Sequence record: DRR723986_2292
DNA length: 52,782 nt
Reading direction: 5' to 3' (one strand)
In this document: in pieces, positions 1-9,589 of the stretch
Layout: each line of letters opens with the position of its first letter
How positions within the stretch are numbered: the first letter of the stretch is position 1
Program-made: the position numbers and the translations under genes
Notes under the pieces: generated by a model
The model's input: only the letters and a program-made list of their open reading frames with translations
What the model was told of the DNA's origin: nothing
The model's database searches: none

Positions 1-709
1 GCATCAAATGGTTTTGCACCATATCGCGCAGCTGCCCGACACCGTCGTAGTAGGACCAACGCCCCTCTATGCCGACGGTTTCCGCCACCGTGATCTGGAT
101 ATGGTCGATACAGCTTTGATCCCACTGGGCATTGATAAAACGGTTAGCAAAGCGCAGCACCAACAGGTTCTGCACCGTTTCTTTACCGAGGTAATGATCA
201 ATGCGATAGATATTCTCTTCACTGAAAAACTGCGCAACCGTCTCATTGACGGCCTGGCAACTGGCAAGGTCCTGGCCAACGGGCTTTTCAAGTACCAGAC
301 GGCTTTGCGGGTCGATAAGCGCATTGGCGCCGAGCTTCTCGCATATCGGGCCAAACAAACTGGGTGGCGTTGCCAGATAAAATATGGCGCGCCGCCCCGG
401 CGACAGTTGCGCCGCCAACTGCTGGTATTCCTCGCTCTTGCCGAAGTCGATACAACAGTAGTCCAAGCGCTGACAAAAGCCCGTCCACTGCTCGGTGGCA
501 GAATCGCCCTCACTGGCCTGGGCCACACGATGTTTGATTGCCTCCAGAAATTGCTGCCGATCCTGGTGGCGCCTAGCTAAACCGATAATGCGCATATCAG
601 CAGGCAACAGATCCGCGCAGTGCAGCTGAAAAAGTGCTGGATAGAGCTTACGCCCCGAGAGGTCGCCAGCGGCACCGAATATCAGCAAGTCGCAATCATT
701 ACTCACCAT
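1..709 (-). CDS. zwf: Glucose-6-phosphate 1-dehydrogenase (N-terminal part; runs off the left edge)
   Basis: Not in the ORF track. The minus strand from ATG at 709 reads MVSNDCDLLIFGAAGDL...RIDHYLGKETVQNL...YYDGVGQLRDMVQNHL, the G6PD signature motifs. The start overlaps the eda stop region. Confidence 0.95.
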   Translation of the reverse strand, partial: MVSNDCDLLIFGAAGDLSGRKLYPALFQLHCADLLPADMRIIGLARRHQDRQQFLEAIKHRVAQASEGDSATEQWTGFCQRLDYCCIDFGKSEEYQQLAAQLSPGRRAIFYLATPPSLFGPICEKLGANALIDPQSRLVLEKPVGQDLASCQAVNETVAQFFSEENIYRIDHYLGKETVQNLLVLRFANRFINAQWDQSCIDHIQITVAETVGIEGRWSYYDGVGQLRDMVQNHLM

Positions 710-1361
710 TCACCCCCATCGATGCCCGCAAGGTCTGTGCACGCTTGGCTGCCACAGTCGCTCGCTCGCGAATAGCCGGCCAGTTTTCCTCTGCCTGAAG
801 CGCTGGCGGCGCGATCCACGACCCTCCCATACAGGCCACTGATGGCAGGGCCAGGTAGTCCGCCATATTGTCCAGACTGACACCGCCCGTCGGACAAAAA
901 CGCATCATTGGCAGCGGCCCGGCAAGCGCCTGCAAAACCTTCGCTCCGCCCATCGCCTCGGCGGGGAAAAACTTCACAAGGTCTATGCCCTGCTCCAGAC
1001 AGCGTATCGCCTCCGTCGCGGTGGCGACCCCAGGCATATAGGGCAAGTCGCTGTCGGCACAGCAAGCCATCAACGCTTCGGTCGCGCCGGGCGTAACAAG
1101 AAACTCACTCCCCGCCGCGCGCGCCCGCTTTACATCGTGCGCGTTCAACAGCGTTCCGGCACCAACGCACACGCCGTCGACCCGCTGCCGAATCACATCT
1201 ATCGCTTCCAGCGCCGCCGATGTTCGCAGCGTCACTTCCAGTACCGGCAAGCCACCATCACGCAAGGCGATAGCCAACGGCTCTGCGTATTCCGGGCGGG
1301 CCACGCTCAATACCGGGATAATCGGCGCGCGGCTGACAATCTGCATCATTGTGTTACTCAT
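699..1361 (-). CDS. eda: KDPG/KHG aldolase
   Basis: LEVTLRT, VGAGT, VKFFPAE (Schiff-base Lys) and FCPTGG motifs. Start moved to ATG at 1361, which forms an ATGA overlap with the edd stop. Confidence 0.95.
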   Translation of the reverse strand: MSNTMMQIVSRAPIIPVLSVARPEYAEPLAIALRDGGLPVLEVTLRTSAALEAIDVIRQRVDGVCVGAGTLLNAHDVKRARAAGSEFLVTPGATEALMACCADSDLPYMPGVATATEAIRCLEQGIDLVKFFPAEAMGGAKVLQALAGPLPMMRFCPTGGVSLDNMADYLALPSVACMGGSWIAPPALQAEENWPAIRERATVAAKRAQTLRASMGVNGE

Positions 1362-3193
1362 GGCTGCGCCCTCTCTTCGCTTATAAATAGCACCGAGGCT
1401 CCCATTTCCGCGCTGGTCACCTGCTGGCGCACCCCGGCAAACATTTCCCGGCCGACCCCGTCTGTCGCCACCGTAGATGCCAGCGGCGTACGCGAGGCCC
1501 ATTCGTGCTCGTCGACCAGGCAATTCAATTCGCCTGCGTCGGCATCGATGACGATCTCATCGCCATCGCGCAGCCGCGCAATCGCTCCACCGGCTGCCGC
1601 TTCGGGCGAAAGGTGAATCGCAGCTGGCACCTTGCCCGAGGCGCCGGACATCCTGCCGTCGGTAAGCAACGCCACGCGATGACCGCGGTCCTGCAAAACG
1701 CCAAGCAGCGGAGTCAGTTTGTGCAATTCAGGCATACCATTGGAACGTGGCCCTTGATAAGGCAGCACGACCACACAGTCTTTGTCTAATTCCCCGGCAC
1801 GAAAGCGGCTTTGCAAGTCATCCTGGCTTTGAATAACCAGCGCGGGGGCGCGAATCTTGCGCCGTGAAGAGGGTACCGCTGACACTTTGATTAACGCGCG
1901 CCCGAGATTCCCTGTTACCAGCCTGAGCCCGCCCTCGGCATCGAATGGCGAACTCATCGACGCAATAACGTCGGTGTCCAAGCTTTTCTCGGCAGCCTGC
2001 CGCCAGCGCAGCTCGCCCTGTTCCAGGTAGGGCTCACATACATAATCGCTCAGCGTCTCCGCCCACATCGTTCTGGCATCGCCATGCAATAAGCCGGCGC
2101 TTAACAGCTCAGAGAACAGCAGCCCGCTGCCCCCCGCGGCGTGAAAATGATTGATATCCGCCTCACCGTTTGGGTAGGCGCGCACCAACAGCGGGACAAG
2201 CCGCGACAGCGCATCCAAGTCATCCCAATTCACTAACACGCCGGCAGCTCGCGCTATCGCCGGTATATGTATGCCGTGATTGGTCGATCCACCAGAGGCG
2301 AGTAAAACCACCATGGCATTAACGATCGAGCGCTCATCAATCACCTCGACCAGCGGGCGGCATCGCGGGCCAGCGCGGCTTATTTTGCAGATATGCTGAG
2401 CGGCCTCGCCGGTAAGCGCTTCGCGCAGCGCCGACCCCGGGTTGACGAAAGACCCGCCCGGCAATTGCAAGCCAAGGGCCTCAAGTATTAGCTGGTTACT
2501 ATTGGCAGTACCGTAAAAGGTGCAGGTGCCTGCGCTGTGATAAGACGCAGCCTCGGCGTCGAGCAGGGCCTCGCGATCTATTTTGCCCTCGGCAAATAAC
2601 TGGCGAACGCGCTGCTTCTCGCTATTTGGAATACCGCTGGGCATCGGGCCAGCCGGAATAAACAGGGTCGGCAAATGGCCAAAATGCAAGGCACCGATAA
2701 GCATACCGGGGACAATTTTGTCGCAAATGCCCAGGCACAATACGGCGTCAAACATCTGATGGGAAAGCGCCACCGCCGTTGCCTGGGCGATCACATCACG
2801 ACTGAACAAGCTCAGCTCCATGCCCGCCTGCCCCTGGGTCACACCGTCACACATCGCCGGCACACCACCGGCCACCTGGGCGGTGCAACCGAGCTCTCGG
2901 ACGTAGTTTTTTATGCGCTCTGGGTAATCGCGAAAGGGTTGGTGAGCCGACAACATATCGTTGTAGGCCGTGACAATACCTACATTGGCCGACTCCATCA
3001 GCCGAATGCGCGCTTTGTCAGTACTGTCGCAGGCGGCAAAACCGTGGGCAAGGTTGCCACAGCTGAGCTGCTGGCGATCGGGCTGTTGCCCCCCTGTCCG
3101 ACGCTGACGACTCAGGTACGCTGCACGGCAATCGCGACTGCGGTGTGCAATCGCATCAGTAATGCGCAGCAATTCCGGGTGTATGGAAACCAT
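1358..3193 (-). CDS. edd: Phosphogluconate dehydratase
   Basis: LSCGNLAHGFAAC, YNDMLSAHQP, GGVPAMCDGVTQG, CDKIVPG and TDGRMSGASG motifs; 611 aa; AGGAGAGG RBS. Confidence 0.97.
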   Translation of the reverse strand: MVSIHPELLRITDAIAHRSRDCRAAYLSRQRRTGGQQPDRQQLSCGNLAHGFAACDSTDKARIRLMESANVGIVTAYNDMLSAHQPFRDYPERIKNYVRELGCTAQVAGGVPAMCDGVTQGQAGMELSLFSRDVIAQATAVALSHQMFDAVLCLGICDKIVPGMLIGALHFGHLPTLFIPAGPMPSGIPNSEKQRVRQLFAEGKIDREALLDAEAASYHSAGTCTFYGTANSNQLILEALGLQLPGGSFVNPGSALREALTGEAAQHICKISRAGPRCRPLVEVIDERSIVNAMVVLLASGGSTNHGIHIPAIARAAGVLVNWDDLDALSRLVPLLVRAYPNGEADINHFHAAGGSGLLFSELLSAGLLHGDARTMWAETLSDYVCEPYLEQGELRWRQAAEKSLDTDVIASMSSPFDAEGGLRLVTGNLGRALIKVSAVPSSRRKIRAPALVIQSQDDLQSRFRAGELDKDCVVVLPYQGPRSNGMPELHKLTPLLGVLQDRGHRVALLTDGRMSGASGKVPAAIHLSPEAAAGGAIARLRDGDEIVIDADAGELNCLVDEHEWASRTPLASTVATDGVGREMFAGVRQQVTSAEMGASVLFISEERAQP

Positions 3194-3361
3194 TGCGGCC
3201 TCTCCTGTGGCGCTGGCAAGCGCCCGGCACAGCGTATCAAAAGCCCGTTGATACGGGCCGAACAGCCAGCTGTGTATTCACTATAGATGCCATGCGAGAA
3301 GCATACCAGCCCCAATATTCGGGCCTGCAGGAGAGCAGCAATACCTATGACTACGGCGTGC

Positions 3362-4501
3362 TTAGGTCAATACGCCTTCCGCTCGCAACGCTGCCAATTG
3401 CGCCCGATCATAACCGGCCTCGGCCAGTATTTCGTCGGTGTGCTGCCCTTGGCGCGGCGCTGGCTGGGGGACCTCAGGGCGGGAGCGGCTAAACTTCGGT
3501 GCAGGACCGGGCTGAACATGGCCGCCGACCTCGACAAAACTTTCCCGGGCTTTATTGTGAGGGTGCAGCGGGGCCTCGCGCATCGATAATACCGGCGCGA
3601 CACAGGCATCTGTGCCCTCCAATAGTTCACACCAGGCATCGCGCGTACGCGTCTTGAACACCGCCGCCAGTTTTTCCTTCAGTTCCGGCCAGCGGGCCAC
3701 ATCAAACTGACCACCAAAGGTATCCTCGTCCAGGCCGATCTTTTCTTTGAACAGTTGATAGAACTGTGGCTCGATCGGCCCCACCGACAGATATTTACCA
3801 TCTTGGGTTTCATACACCTCATAGAAATGCGCCCCGGTATCCAGCACATTCACGCCGCGCTCGTCCTGCCAGTTGAAAGCCTCGGTATTCAAATAGCTGT
3901 ACATCATATGCATCAGCGCCGCGGAGCCCTCAACCATCGACACATCCACCACTTGGCCAGCACCGCTGCGCTGTGCTTCGAGCATGGCCGACACCACGCC
4001 AAACGCCAAAAACATGCCGCCGCCACCAAAGTCGCCTACAAGGTTTAAGGGGGGGACCGGTTTGTCACCCGCACGACCAATCCCGTGCAGGGCGCCGGAT
4101 AACGAAATGTAATTGATATCGTGGCCAGCTGCCTGAGAGAGAGGCCCGGTCTGCCCCCAGCCCGTCATGCGGCCGTAGACCAGCTTGGGGTTGCGAGCCA
4201 TACACTCCTCGGGGCCGATACCCAAGCGCTCGGCGACACCGGGGCGGAAGCCTTCAATTAAGGCATCGGCCGTTTCACATAAATTCAGCAGGGCCTCAAC
4301 CGCCCGCGGATCTTTCAGATTCAAGGCGATCGATTTTTTGCCACGCTCGCTAATGCTGTTTTGAGGCTGGGCGCCGTCAGCCAATGACCGTCGCGTAACC
4401 GAGATAACTTCAGCCCCCATGTCGGCAAACATCATCCCCGCGAAGGGGGCAGGCCCTAAACCTTCTATCTCGATAATACGCAGTCCGTGAAGCGGTCCCA
4501 T
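3362..4501 (-). CDS. CaiB/BaiF family III CoA-transferase (alpha-methylacyl-CoA racemase-like)
   Basis: [37 protein letters not shown] and [10 protein letters not shown] motifs. Start at ATG 4501 after a GAGGG RBS. Confidence 0.9.
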   Translation of the reverse strand: MGPLHGLRIIEIEGLGPAPFAGMMFADMGAEVISVTRRSLADGAQPQNSISERGKKSIALNLKDPRAVEALLNLCETADALIEGFRPGVAERLGIGPEECMARNPKLVYGRMTGWGQTGPLSQAAGHDINYISLSGALHGIGRAGDKPVPPLNLVGDFGGGGMFLAFGVVSAMLEAQRSGAGQVVDVSMVEGSAALMHMMYSYLNTEAFNWQDERGVNVLDTGAHFYEVYETQDGKYLSVGPIEPQFYQLFKEKIGLDEDTFGGQFDVARWPELKEKLAAVFKTRTRDAWCELLEGTDACVAPVLSMREAPLHPHNKARESFVEVGGHVQPGPAPKFSRSRPEVPQPAPRQGQHTDEILAEAGYDRAQLAALRAEGVLT

Positions 4502-4541
4502 TGTTATCCCTCTTAGTATGTGAAACACGTGACGAGCCGCC

Positions 4542-4565
4542 AATAAAAAGGCGGCTAAAGCCGCC
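4542..4565 (-). terminator. Intrinsic terminator downstream of tetR
   Basis: Minus strand reads GGCGGC-TTTA-GCCGCC followed by TTTTTATT. Confidence 0.6.
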
Positions 4566-4600
4566 CATTATTGCCCCATTTCCACTGCCCTGCCAACACA

Positions 4601-5200
4601 TCATGCGACGAGCATACGGTGCACACTGTCGATAGTTGCCTTAGCCGTAGCCGCCTCGCCACCGTCTCTCTCGGGAGAGGACGAACAGCCAAAACGCTGA
4701 GAAATGGTGTCTAATGCATTGTGCAGCGCCGCGCCAAGCAACAAGTAGGCAATGGCGCGGGCATTCACCTGTCGGGCAATACGTCCATCCTCCTGCAGAC
4801 GCTGCAGGCGCCGACACAGCGCATAGTGGACAAGGAAAAGATTGTCGGTGGGTGCACCGCCGTTGTTATCGCGATGACTACCCGTCCAAAACGAGGCCGT
4901 CAGCGGCGCGCCGGTAATATAAAATCGCTCAGCATGGTGATAAACCAGCTCCAGCCACTGGCGCAGGTCTTCGGTGGATCCATGCTCAACACAGTCTTTT
5001 GCTTCCACCAGCTCCGGTAGACGTTCGTTGATCAGCGCCCGCAACATCCCGGCTTTATCACCAAAATTATTGAATACGCTGGCTTCTGTGGTACCCGCTT
5101 TTGCAGCAACGCCGCGCGTGGTCAGCGCTCTCGCCCCCTCATCGCGCAGTAGCATATAGGCCGCGTCCAGCAGCCTTTCTCTTACTCTAGGTCTAGCCAC
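4601..5200 (-). CDS. TetR/AcrR family transcriptional regulator
   Basis: N-terminal HTH: RERLLDAA...LTTRGVAAKAGTTEASVFNNFGDK. Confidence 0.9.
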   Translation of the reverse strand: MARPRVRERLLDAAYMLLRDEGARALTTRGVAAKAGTTEASVFNNFGDKAGMLRALINERLPELVEAKDCVEHGSTEDLRQWLELVYHHAERFYITGAPLTASFWTGSHRDNNGGAPTDNLFLVHYALCRRLQRLQEDGRIARQVNARAIAYLLLGAALHNALDTISQRFGCSSSPERDGGEAATAKATIDSVHRMLVA

Positions 5201-5317
5201 CTTTAATCACTCCATTGATATAGGCTGGCGTTATTACACCCGAGCCATCGCGCAATGTACAAGTCGCTGCGCTAATATCTGGCTGAAATTTCAATAAAAA
5301 TGCAGGAAACCGCCAAT

Positions 5318-6106
5318 ATGAGTATTACCGCGCCCGTTTCATCTCACACTGATGGAGATATTTGCCACATCCGTATACGGCGACCCGCCCACCGCAATGC
5401 GGTAGATGGTCCTACTGCCAGAGCCCTGGCCCTGGCAATGCGCAATTTCGACAATGACCCCGAGAGCAAAGTGGCAATTCTCAGCGGCGAAGGCAGCCAC
5501 TTTTGTGCCGGAGCGGACCTGAAAGCCTTCTCCAGTGAGGACCCTGAGCGGTACAACCCATTAGACGACGACGGCGACGGCCCCATGGGCCCCAGTCGCA
5601 TGCAGCTACAAAAACCCGTAATCGCCGCCATTGATGGCTATTGCGTGGCGGGTGGCCTGGAGCTGGCCCTGTGGTGTGACCTGAGAGTCGCCACCGAGGA
5701 CGCGATATTCGGGGTGTTCTGCCGACGGTTCGGCGTGCCGCTCATTGACGGGGGCACCGTTAGACTGCCACGACTGATTGGCCACAGCCGCGCAATGGAC
5801 ATGATTTTAACCGGAAGGCCTGTCGATGCTAATGAGGCACTGGCCTTCGGCTTGGCCAATCGGGTTGTCCCAAAAAATCAGCTGTTAGACAGTGCCAAGG
5901 CACTGGCGCAACAAATCGCTCAAACTCCCCAGCAATGCATGCGTAACGACCGTCGCAGCGCTTTAGAGCAGTGGAGCATGGCCGAAACTGACGCGCTGAA
6001 AAATGAATTTGCACTAGGGAAAGCCAGCTTAGCGGCCGGTGAAGCACTGAGCGGCGCAAAGGCTTTTAGTCAGGGTGCGGGTCGCCACGGTCAGTCACGA
6101 GAGTGA
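5318..6106 (+). CDS. Crotonase / enoyl-CoA hydratase family protein
   Basis: FCAGADLK, KPVIAAIDGYCVAGGLELALWCD and CRRFGVPLIDGGTVRLPR motifs. Start at 5318 (5300 is an alternative). Confidence 0.9.
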   Translation: MSITAPVSSHTDGDICHIRIRRPAHRNAVDGPTARALALAMRNFDNDPESKVAILSGEGSHFCAGADLKAFSSEDPERYNPLDDDGDGPMGPSRMQLQKPVIAAIDGYCVAGGLELALWCDLRVATEDAIFGVFCRRFGVPLIDGGTVRLPRLIGHSRAMDMILTGRPVDANEALAFGLANRVVPKNQLLDSAKALAQQIAQTPQQCMRNDRRSALEQWSMAETDALKNEFALGKASLAAGEALSGAKAFSQGAGRHGQSRE

Positions 6107-6616
6107 GCTCGGCAAGGCGGACTCAGGCAGCGGCACTAATGCATCGCCCACAGCAACGCGACCGCCACGCACCACCCGCAGGCAAAGACCTCCGTAGCCG
6201 AGCATGGCCACTACGGCGCCGTCTCCCAAGGCCTGTTCCATCCGCGAGCAGGGCTGGCAAAGGGCATTGGCTTGGAAAATTGCCTCGCCAATTTGAAAAT
6301 ACTGATACCGCAGAGCATTGAGATTGATACCTGAGACAACCAAGTTGCGGCGCAGCAGGGCCGGGTCGACACTGTCTCTCCCCAAATGCGCTGCGATACT
6401 ACGCATAAATTCTCGGCTGATTAGTGACACCTGGCGACCGGAACCGGCGCGGCCGCGCAAACGGCGGTCGCCCTGTAAGCCCATGCCCTCAAGCGCCTGG
6501 CACTGTTCCAGCACGACCATCGGTGCCTTGCGCTCCGGGCGCACGCCGATCCACTCCAAGCGTCCCTGCGGAAGGTCGGCCAAGTATCGAGATAACAACC
6601 GACCCTGCGCGTTCAT
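6095..6616 (-). CDS. MOSC domain protein
   Basis: GLQGDR, RQVSLI, LRRNLVVSG and CQPCSRME motifs. ATGA overlap with the upstream desaturase. Confidence 0.85.
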   Translation of the reverse strand: MNAQGRLLSRYLADLPQGRLEWIGVRPERKAPMVVLEQCQALEGMGLQGDRRLRGRAGSGRQVSLISREFMRSIAAHLGRDSVDPALLRRNLVVSGINLNALRYQYFQIGEAIFQANALCQPCSRMEQALGDGAVVAMLGYGGLCLRVVRGGRVAVGDALVPLPESALPSSLS

Positions 6617-7416
6617 GTGTTACTCCTCGGCCCATTACCGTCCCGACGAAACGGCAGAATAAGCAGCGCGAGCAACTGCCCCGCCCGCTGCTGCGCGCCG
6701 GGCAGGCCCAAACGCACCGCCGCATCCCCCTCTCGGGCGTGCGCCCGAAAACTCCCAAACAACCAGTCCCACCAGGGCACGCTAAAACCGAAATTACTGT
6801 TGGTTTCCTCAACGCGCTGAGAATGGTGAATGCGGTGCAGAGTGGGCGTTATCAATACCCGGCGCAGGCTGTGTTCCAACGTGTTGGGTAGGGCGATATT
6901 GCTGTGGTTGAACATAGAGCAGGCATTTAGCACCACCTCAAAGATCAGCACAGCCAAGGCCGGAGCGCCAAGCGCCACAATGAAAACGCTTTTTATCACC
7001 ATGGAAAGCAGCAACTCGATGGGGTGAAACCGCAGCCCGGTTGTTACATCCAAGGCCGTATCGGCGTGGTGAACGCTGTGCAGCCGCCACAGCCAGGGTA
7101 GACGGTGAAACACGCGATGCTGCCAGTATATTGCGCAGTCCAACACCGCAACGGCAATGATAATTTCAAGCAGCGCTGGCCACTCAATCTGATTCAAAAA
7201 CCCCCAGGATTGCTGTTGCGCCCAGAGGGCAACCCCGGTGGCCGCCAAGGGAAAGACAACGCGCAGGGCGACACTGCCTATGGCCAACAAGCCCAGGTTC
7301 GCCAACCAGCGGCGGCGAGAGGCCTTGCGAAAGGGCTGCCACACTTCCAGCAGCGCCAGCACGATAAACAGGCTAGAAAATACCCCTAAGCGCAGCGCGC
7401 CCTCCCATTCAGCCAC
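6613..7416 (-). CDS. Sterol desaturase / fatty acid hydroxylase family membrane protein
   Basis: His boxes YWQHRVFH, LHSVHH, FNHSN and LHRIHH; SNFG...WDWLFGS. GTG start 7 nt after AAGGAG. Confidence 0.85.
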   Translation of the reverse strand: MAEWEGALRLGVFSSLFIVLALLEVWQPFRKASRRRWLANLGLLAIGSVALRVVFPLAATGVALWAQQQSWGFLNQIEWPALLEIIIAVAVLDCAIYWQHRVFHRLPWLWRLHSVHHADTALDVTTGLRFHPIELLLSMVIKSVFIVALGAPALAVLIFEVVLNACSMFNHSNIALPNTLEHSLRRVLITPTLHRIHHSQRVEETNSNFGFSVPWWDWLFGSFRAHAREGDAAVRLGLPGAQQRAGQLLALLILPFRRDGNGPRSNT

Positions 7417-8065
7417 TGACACGCTCCTTATAGCTGCGCAGCGGCGGGCAGCATTCAATAAACGCCGCGGGCTGTGCTGAAATGTCCGAGGCGACGTCCA
7501 GGTCGGGCAGCGGCGTGTGCTCCTGCCAGCGAAAGCCGGCATCAGCCAAACGACGACGTGTTTGCGCAAGAACCTTGTCCGTACTCCACGCCACGCCGTC
7601 AAAGACGGCTGCACATTCCCCGGCCAAGGCCAATAGTACATAGCCGCCATCGGTAGCGGGTATCACCGCAGCGTCAACGTTTTGCAGCGCACTCTCGGCC
7701 CAGCGCAAATGTGCGGCGGTCAGCGACGGGCAATCTGTTCCAATCAAAATCACCCCGCTTGCCTCGCGAACGCCACGCGACGCCGCCCGCGCCATCCGCT
7801 GCCCCAGATCCCCTTCCCCTTGCTCGACACTGGAAAAAGCCGACAAACCGCGAAACGCTTGCCAGCATGCCGCGTCAGGCCCTGGGCTCAATTGGTACTC
7901 CACCGCCATTGTCGGTGGCAGCTGTGAGCATAGCTGCGCATTCCAGGCCAACAGCGACTCCGCCACTTCCGCCGCTGCCTTCTCCCCCAAGGCAGGGGCC
8001 AGGCGCGTTTTGGCACGACCGGGTAAGGGCGCTTTGGCGAAAACTTTGACTGCTGTGACTGTCAC
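7409..8065 (-). CDS. TIGR04282/DUF2064 family transferase (arsenosugar/rSAM-selenodomain-associated)
   Basis: VFAKAPLPGRAKTRL, QGEGDLGQRM, ILIGTDCP, PATDGGYVLL, WST and DLD motifs. GTG start after AGGAGG. Confidence 0.85.
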   Translation of the reverse strand: MTVTAVKVFAKAPLPGRAKTRLAPALGEKAAAEVAESLLAWNAQLCSQLPPTMAVEYQLSPGPDAACWQAFRGLSAFSSVEQGEGDLGQRMARAASRGVREASGVILIGTDCPSLTAAHLRWAESALQNVDAAVIPATDGGYVLLALAGECAAVFDGVAWSTDKVLAQTRRRLADAGFRWQEHTPLPDLDVASDISAQPAAFIECCPPLRSYKERVSG

Positions 8066-8081
8066 CCCTCCCTCCTTAGCC

Positions 8082-8792
8082 TTAACCGTAATAGCGGCGC
8101 GCAATATCGTCGGCCGAACGACCCATAAAATAGGCAATTCGCAGTCGCCACATCAGCAGAATTGTCGCCCACACGCCCTTTTCATCCCAGCGCCGCCCAG
8201 AGGTAATTACCGGCTGGGATAGACAGTGTGGTCGGCCCGTTCGCTTCAGTCGTCGACTGATTTCGATATCCTCCATCAGCGGCTGTTCCGGAAAACCCGA
8301 CACCGCCGTAAATACCTCTCGGTGGACAAAAATGCCCATATCACCGGTGGCGATACCGGTAATGCGTGACCGCCAGTTCATCATGCTTGCAACCACCTTT
8401 AGCATTGACGAGCGCCCGTGTATTCGCACATCAAATCGTCCCCAGCCGGGCGGCCGCTCCTCGCAGTGACGACGCAACGCCGTTAGCGCCTCTGTGCTGA
8501 GTAGCGTATCGATATGCAAAAATAACAACCATGCTCCACTCGCCTGCGCGGCCCCGGCATTCATCTGCCTAGCCCGGCCCGCATCACTGGCAATGACGCG
8601 CAAGCCCTGCGCTTGCAAATACTCGACAGAGCCATCGCCACTGCCGCCATCGACAAACAGCCACTCTACGGCGCCGTGGCTTTGCTTCAAACGCAAAATG
8701 GTGGGCAGCACAGCAGGCAATAGCGCCCGCTCATTGAGCAGAGGAACGATGATCGACAGCAACGGCGGACCTTGGCAGCTGGACTCAGTCAC
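8082..8792 (-). CDS. TIGR04283 family GT2 glycosyltransferase (arsenosugar/rSAM-selenodomain-associated)
   Basis: LSIIVPLLNE, VDGGSGD, GRARQMNAGA, LFLHIDT, TGD, LMEDIE and TSGRRW motifs. Confidence 0.88.
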   Translation of the reverse strand: MTESSCQGPPLLSIIVPLLNERALLPAVLPTILRLKQSHGAVEWLFVDGGSGDGSVEYLQAQGLRVIASDAGRARQMNAGAAQASGAWLLFLHIDTLLSTEALTALRRHCEERPPGWGRFDVRIHGRSSMLKVVASMMNWRSRITGIATGDMGIFVHREVFTAVSGFPEQPLMEDIEISRRLKRTGRPHCLSQPVITSGRRWDEKGVWATILLMWRLRIAYFMGRSADDIARRYYG

Positions 8793-9585
8793 GCTTATTC
8801 AGCGCCCAGTTATAATCGGTATGGCGAATGCGCAAGGCGCCGCTGCGCAACTGACGTTGCTGCGCGCTGCTTAATCCGAGCGCGTTACCATAATGGGCAA
8901 GAAAATCCGGCAGCGAGTGTAGGTCGCGCCAGCCTTTGGCGAAATCCTCTTCGTACCAATCAAATATTGGCGACACCCGCAACGCCCCCTTGCTTAGGCC
9001 ATTGCGCTGACGATCTGATAAAAATCGCTGGGTCGCGGCTTCCAGCTGGCGCTCCAGTTCATCGCCTCGATAAGGCTCCCTGGCCAGCGCGGGACAGCCG
9101 ATGCTGGCGCAATTTACCGCGAAATGAATGCGAGGCTCGGCATAATTTTCTCGAATCATTTCGTGCTCCAGCTCATCGAGACTGCGACGTTTGCCAAGTA
9201 AGTCAAAGAACGACAGCTTCCAGGGCGAGCGAAACCAGCCACCGATCTCTCGAATGGAATCGATGCCAGGGTAATGGCGCAAAATCAGCTCCACTGTCCA
9301 GGCGTTATAGGCATTGATCAAAAAAGCCAACTGCCGCGCTTCTGACCAGCGATCAAATTCCGCCGGCGACACCGCAGATAACGTTTCGAGGTAACGCGCA
9401 AGCACGGCACGGTCTTTGGTAAAGCTGCTGTAATCGACCGTTGTCGCGTAGCCACCCTCAGCCACATAGACATGCTTGGATAATAGGCTTTGCCAGAGCG
9501 CGTGCTGATCGTCAGCCCGAGAAAACTGCCCAACAATCGTCAATACCGCAAATGCAAGCGCCTGCCACCAAACTGACTTCGCCAC
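8785..9585 (-). CDS. DUF547 domain exported protein
   Basis: Signal peptide; LAFLINAYNA, EPRIHFAVNCASIGCPAL, IFDWY and YNWALN motifs. GTG start at 9585, just after the upstream stop. Confidence 0.85.
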   Translation of the reverse strand: MAKSVWWQALAFAVLTIVGQFSRADDQHALWQSLLSKHVYVAEGGYATTVDYSSFTKDRAVLARYLETLSAVSPAEFDRWSEARQLAFLINAYNAWTVELILRHYPGIDSIREIGGWFRSPWKLSFFDLLGKRRSLDELEHEMIRENYAEPRIHFAVNCASIGCPALAREPYRGDELERQLEAATQRFLSDRQRNGLSKGALRVSPIFDWYEEDFAKGWRDLHSLPDFLAHYGNALGLSSAQQRQLRSGALRIRHTDYNWALNKRD

Positions 9586-9589
9586 GTGA

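Noticed and set aside
8-580. 190-aa plus-strand ORF
   Set aside because: Antisense shadow of zwf, whose motifs are clear on the minus strand.
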